64,000 nucleotides of DNA from Rubripirellula sp. (lineage in GTDB: Bacteria; Planctomycetota; Planctomycetia; Pirellulales; Pirellulaceae): positions 1,216,001 to 1,280,000 of the forward strand of contig OZ244207.1 in NCBI GenBank assembly GCA_965216875.1. The letters are read 5' to 3'. Numbering within the stretch: the stretch's first letter is position 1; every line of letters begins with the position of its first letter. Both the position numbers and the translations under genes were made by a program. Shown here in pieces: positions 61,099 through 64,000 of the stretch. The notes beneath the pieces are model-generated. The model ran no database searches. It saw only the letters and a program-made list of their open reading frames with translations, and had not been told where the DNA came from.

Positions 61099-64000
61099 AT
61101 GCCATCGCTTACCCCCCGACTTGTCCCGTTCATGGTCGTTGTTGGGCTAGTCGCCTACCCCGTCTCGGCTTTCGCGCAGCGCGATTTGACCGAGATTCCG
61201 AAGCCTGATCCGGTGGCCGAGTTGGCCGCGATGAAGGTCGACCCTGCGGCGGCCGCAAATCTGTACGCAGCCGATCCTGACATTCGCAAGCCGATTCAGA
61301 TGAATTTTGATTCGGCGGGCGGTCTTTGGATCGCGAGCAGCGAGGTTTATCCGCAAATCCAACCGGGGGAAAAGGCAAACGACAAAATCATCGTCTTGCG
61401 CGACACCAACGGCGATGGAACCGGTGACAAGGCGACCGTTTTCGCGGATGGACTTTTGATTCCGACCGGAGTCCTGCCCGATGGCCCCAATGCCGCTTAC
61501 GTTGCTGAAAGCACGCGGCTGATTTACTTGCAGGACACCGACGGAGACGGCAAGGCGGATCGTGGGCGCGTCGTTTTGAGTGGGTTCGGTACCGAAGACA
61601 CACACCACCTGGTCCACACTTTGCGCTGGGGGCCAGACGGATGTTTGTACTTCAATCAATCGATCTACATCCACAGTCACGTTGATACGCCGTACGGCAG
61701 TCGCCATCTCGATGGCGGTGGCATTTGGCGATATCGCCCCGACACCGGCCAACTCGAAGTCTTCTGCAAGGGTTTTGTGAATCCTTGGGGACACGTGTTT
61801 GATTCGGTGGGCGAGTCGTTTGCTACGGACGGTGCCTACTTTGAAGGAATCAACTACGTCTTTCCCGACTCCGTGTTTGTCACTTCGCCTGGCGCGACCC
61901 GCTGGCTCAAGGGGATGAATCCTGGAAGTCCCAAACACTGTGGCCTCGAGATACTGTCTGGCAAACACATTCCGGAAAGTTGGGCTGGCGATTTTGTGAC
62001 GAACGATTTTCGTTCGCACCGTGTTTGTCGTTTCACTGTGCGACCAGCCGGTAGTGGCTACATCGGGCGCCAACAACCCGAGATCATCACAACACCGCAC
62101 GTTGCGTTTCGCCCGATTGATGCGCGGATGGGGCCCGATGGAGCGATCTACGTTGCCGATTGGTACAACCCAATCATCCAACATGGCGAAGTCGATTTTC
62201 GTGATGATCGTCGCGATCGAAAGCATGGCCGCATCTGGCGCGTTTCCTTCCCGTCGCGTCCCCTCGACCGTTGGCCGAATTTCGAATCACTCGACGACGA
62301 TCAGTTGATTGACGCTTTGGAAGCCGATGCGCTCGCCGTTCGCCAATTTGCACGCCAAGAGCTTTGGGGCCGCGCCAAGGCGGCGCCGGAAGCAGTGATG
62401 AAAAAACTGCGATCGTGGCGCGACCGTTCGCCGTCACCACAGCGCGGGCTTGAAGTGCTGTGGATGAATGAAGTGCTCAGTCAAGTGTCGCTGTCCGACG
62501 CCCAAAAAGCGATTGCGCTGGCCGACGCTGGCGGGGCAAAGGCGACCCGAACGGTGCTGCGAAGTGTTTGGCGGTTACGGTTAAACGCCGACGCGGGCTC
62601 GACCCTGCGAAATCAATTGAGCGAGTTGGTTGTTTCCCGGACCAACGACGAAGACCCGCGCGTCCGATTGGAGGCGGTCGTCAGCAACGGACAACGAACC
62701 GGTGCCGAGGCAGCCTCCTTGGTCGCTGCGGCCGTGTCAAAACCGGTGGATCCGAACTTGGATTTTGCGATTTGGCAATCGCTTCGAAGTCTCGACCAAA
62801 CCACCGACGGGTCGGTCTTGGCGAAGATTGATTGGAACAATCGTTGGGGCGAGCTTGCGTTTGCCGTTGGAGCGATTGGGACACCCGCGGCTGCTCAGAC
62901 AGCCGTGGATGTGGTCGTTGCCCAGCAATCGAGCGATCTACCTGCCGGTTTGGTTTCGGCAGTTGCCAGTGCCGGTAACGCCAATCAGCTTGGCGCTGTT
63001 CTCGCGCACGTGGTGGCGAAAAAGGGCAAGGACTTGCAGCGGTCTGACTTGCAGTCGTTAATTGATCGTACGGCGCGCGACAAAACCGTTCCCGCGGACG
63101 CAGCGAATCGATTGTCGCAGCTGGCCAAGCAACACAGTGACGCATTGACCTCGAGTCCCGCGTTGATGGATGCGCTCGCGGCTGCCGCGGCGGCGTGGAA
63201 TGCCAACGCGCTGGAAGCGACCTTCATCCAGCTGCTTCCCGACGCAAAGGGTGAAACGAAGGCGGATTTGATCGCTGCGATGGGGCGATTCAATTCACAA
63301 TCCGCACGACAAACCATCGATCGCTTGTCTCGTGATCAAGATTTGGCGACGCGTGTTGCCGCGACACGAGCGATTGCGTCCAACCGTCCTCGTGCTGCGA
63401 TCAACGCGGTGGTGAACCTTTCGAAGGAAGACGCGACCGGTGACGCGGGCGATGACCTTGTTGTGCAGTTGATGAAACGCAAAGACCTGCCGGCGTTGAT
63501 TGCCAAGCGAATCGAAAGTGAAACGTTGGGAGCCGACCGCGCCCGGCACTTGCTGCGGCGAGTGCGAACCGCTGGCGGTAATGGTGCATTGGAGGCGGCG
63601 ATCACCAAAGCTGGAAAGCTGAGCGACGCGTCATGGAAATTGACGCCCGAACTTTCAAAGCAGCTTGAATCGCTCGTCAAAGCGGAAGGAAACGCCGCCC
63701 GAGGCGAAGCGATCTATCGCCGAGCCAACCTGCAATGCATCAATTGCCATGCGATCGGAACAGCGGGTGGATTGGTCGGGCCGAACTTGATCAGTATGGG
63801 AGGAAGTTCGCAAGTGGATTACATCATCGAATCGCTTCTTGCTCCGAATGCCAAGCTGAAAGAAGGATTCACGACCCTGAGTGTGTTGACCGAAGATGGC
63901 GAAGCGATCAATGGAATTGTGGTCGGCAAATCAGACGAGTCCGTTCGCTTGCGGCTTGCCGATGGGAAGTACCGCGAGATTGATACCGAAGAGATCACGG
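61099..64000 (+). CDS. PVC-type heme-binding CxxCH protein (runs off the window; absent from the ORF track)
   Basis: reads MPSLTPRL..; DTNGDG/DTDGDG, GPDG, NPWG, DWYN, GRIWR propeller motifs; HEAT-like region; CINCH at ~63736. Confidence 0.9.
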   Translation, partial: MPSLTPRLVPFMVVVGLVAYPVSAFAQRDLTEIPKPDPVAELAAMKVDPAAAANLYAADPDIRKPIQMNFDSAGGLWIASSEVYPQIQPGEKANDKIIVLRDTNGDGTGDKATVFADGLLIPTGVLPDGPNAAYVAESTRLIYLQDTDGDGKADRGRVVLSGFGTEDTHHLVHTLRWGPDGCLYFNQSIYIHSHVDTPYGSRHLDGGGIWRYRPDTGQLEVFCKGFVNPWGHVFDSVGESFATDGAYFEGINYVFPDSVFVTSPGATRWLKGMNPGSPKHCGLEILSGKHIPESWAGDFVTNDFRSHRVCRFTVRPAGSGYIGRQQPEIITTPHVAFRPIDARMGPDGAIYVADWYNPIIQHGEVDFRDDRRDRKHGRIWRVSFPSRPLDRWPNFESLDDDQLIDALEADALAVRQFARQELWGRAKAAPEAVMKKLRSWRDRSPSPQRGLEVLWMNEVLSQVSLSDAQKAIALADAGGAKATRTVLRSVWRLRLNADAGSTLRNQLSELVVSRTNDEDPRVRLEAVVSNGQRTGAEAASLVAAAVSKPVDPNLDFAIWQSLRSLDQTTDGSVLAKIDWNNRWGELAFAVGAIGTPAAAQTAVDVVVAQQSSDLPAGLVSAVASAGNANQLGAVLAHVVAKKGKDLQRSDLQSLIDRTARDKTVPADAANRLSQLAKQHSDALTSSPALMDALAAAAAAWNANALEATFIQLLPDAKGETKADLIAAMGRFNSQSARQTIDRLSRDQDLATRVAATRAIASNRPRAAINAVVNLSKEDATGDAGDDLVVQLMKRKDLPALIAKRIESETLGADRARHLLRRVRTAGGNGALEAAITKAGKLSDASWKLTPELSKQLESLVKAEGNAARGEAIYRRANLQCINCHAIGTAGGLVGPNLISMGGSSQVDYIIESLLAPNAKLKEGFTTLSVLTEDGEAINGIVVGKSDESVRLRLADGKYREIDTEEIT

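Noticed and set aside
61147..62226. 359-aa minus-strand ORF
   Set aside because: Antisense shadow of the plus-strand PVC heme-binding gene.

Overview
This window looks like planctomycete (Pirellulaceae-like) chromosome, judged from PSD1/planctomycete cytochrome c, PVC-type CxxCH and sulfatase genes. Its main accessory feature is a ~20.3 kb integrative element (9876-30204) inserted at the 3' end of tRNA-Arg(ACG) and bounded by a 21-bp direct repeat. The element carries a tyrosine integrase whose ORF runs through the att core, so its C-terminus should switch on excision. It also carries an excisionase, a family-A/T7-like polymerase-fold protein, a row of small ORFs, an HD + Hsp90-like ATPase gene and a 4-gene ATPase-PIN operon. 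It is studded with 7 perfect and 2 near-perfect copies of a 15-bp palindrome GTGCCAC(A/T)GTGGCAC that I did not see outside the element. No capsid, terminase or conjugation genes are recognisable. Outside the island are housekeeping genes (coaB, pyrD, nadK, RluA-family, ssrA) and imuA-imuB with a candidate LexA box. There is a secreted rhodanese with an in-frame UGA at its catalytic Cys followed by a SECIS-like hairpin (probable selenoprotein). A GxxExxY gene sits beside a 5-unit 177-bp palindromic repeat array, and many REP-like repeats are scattered through the window. All calls were made by eye from motifs; no database searches were run.
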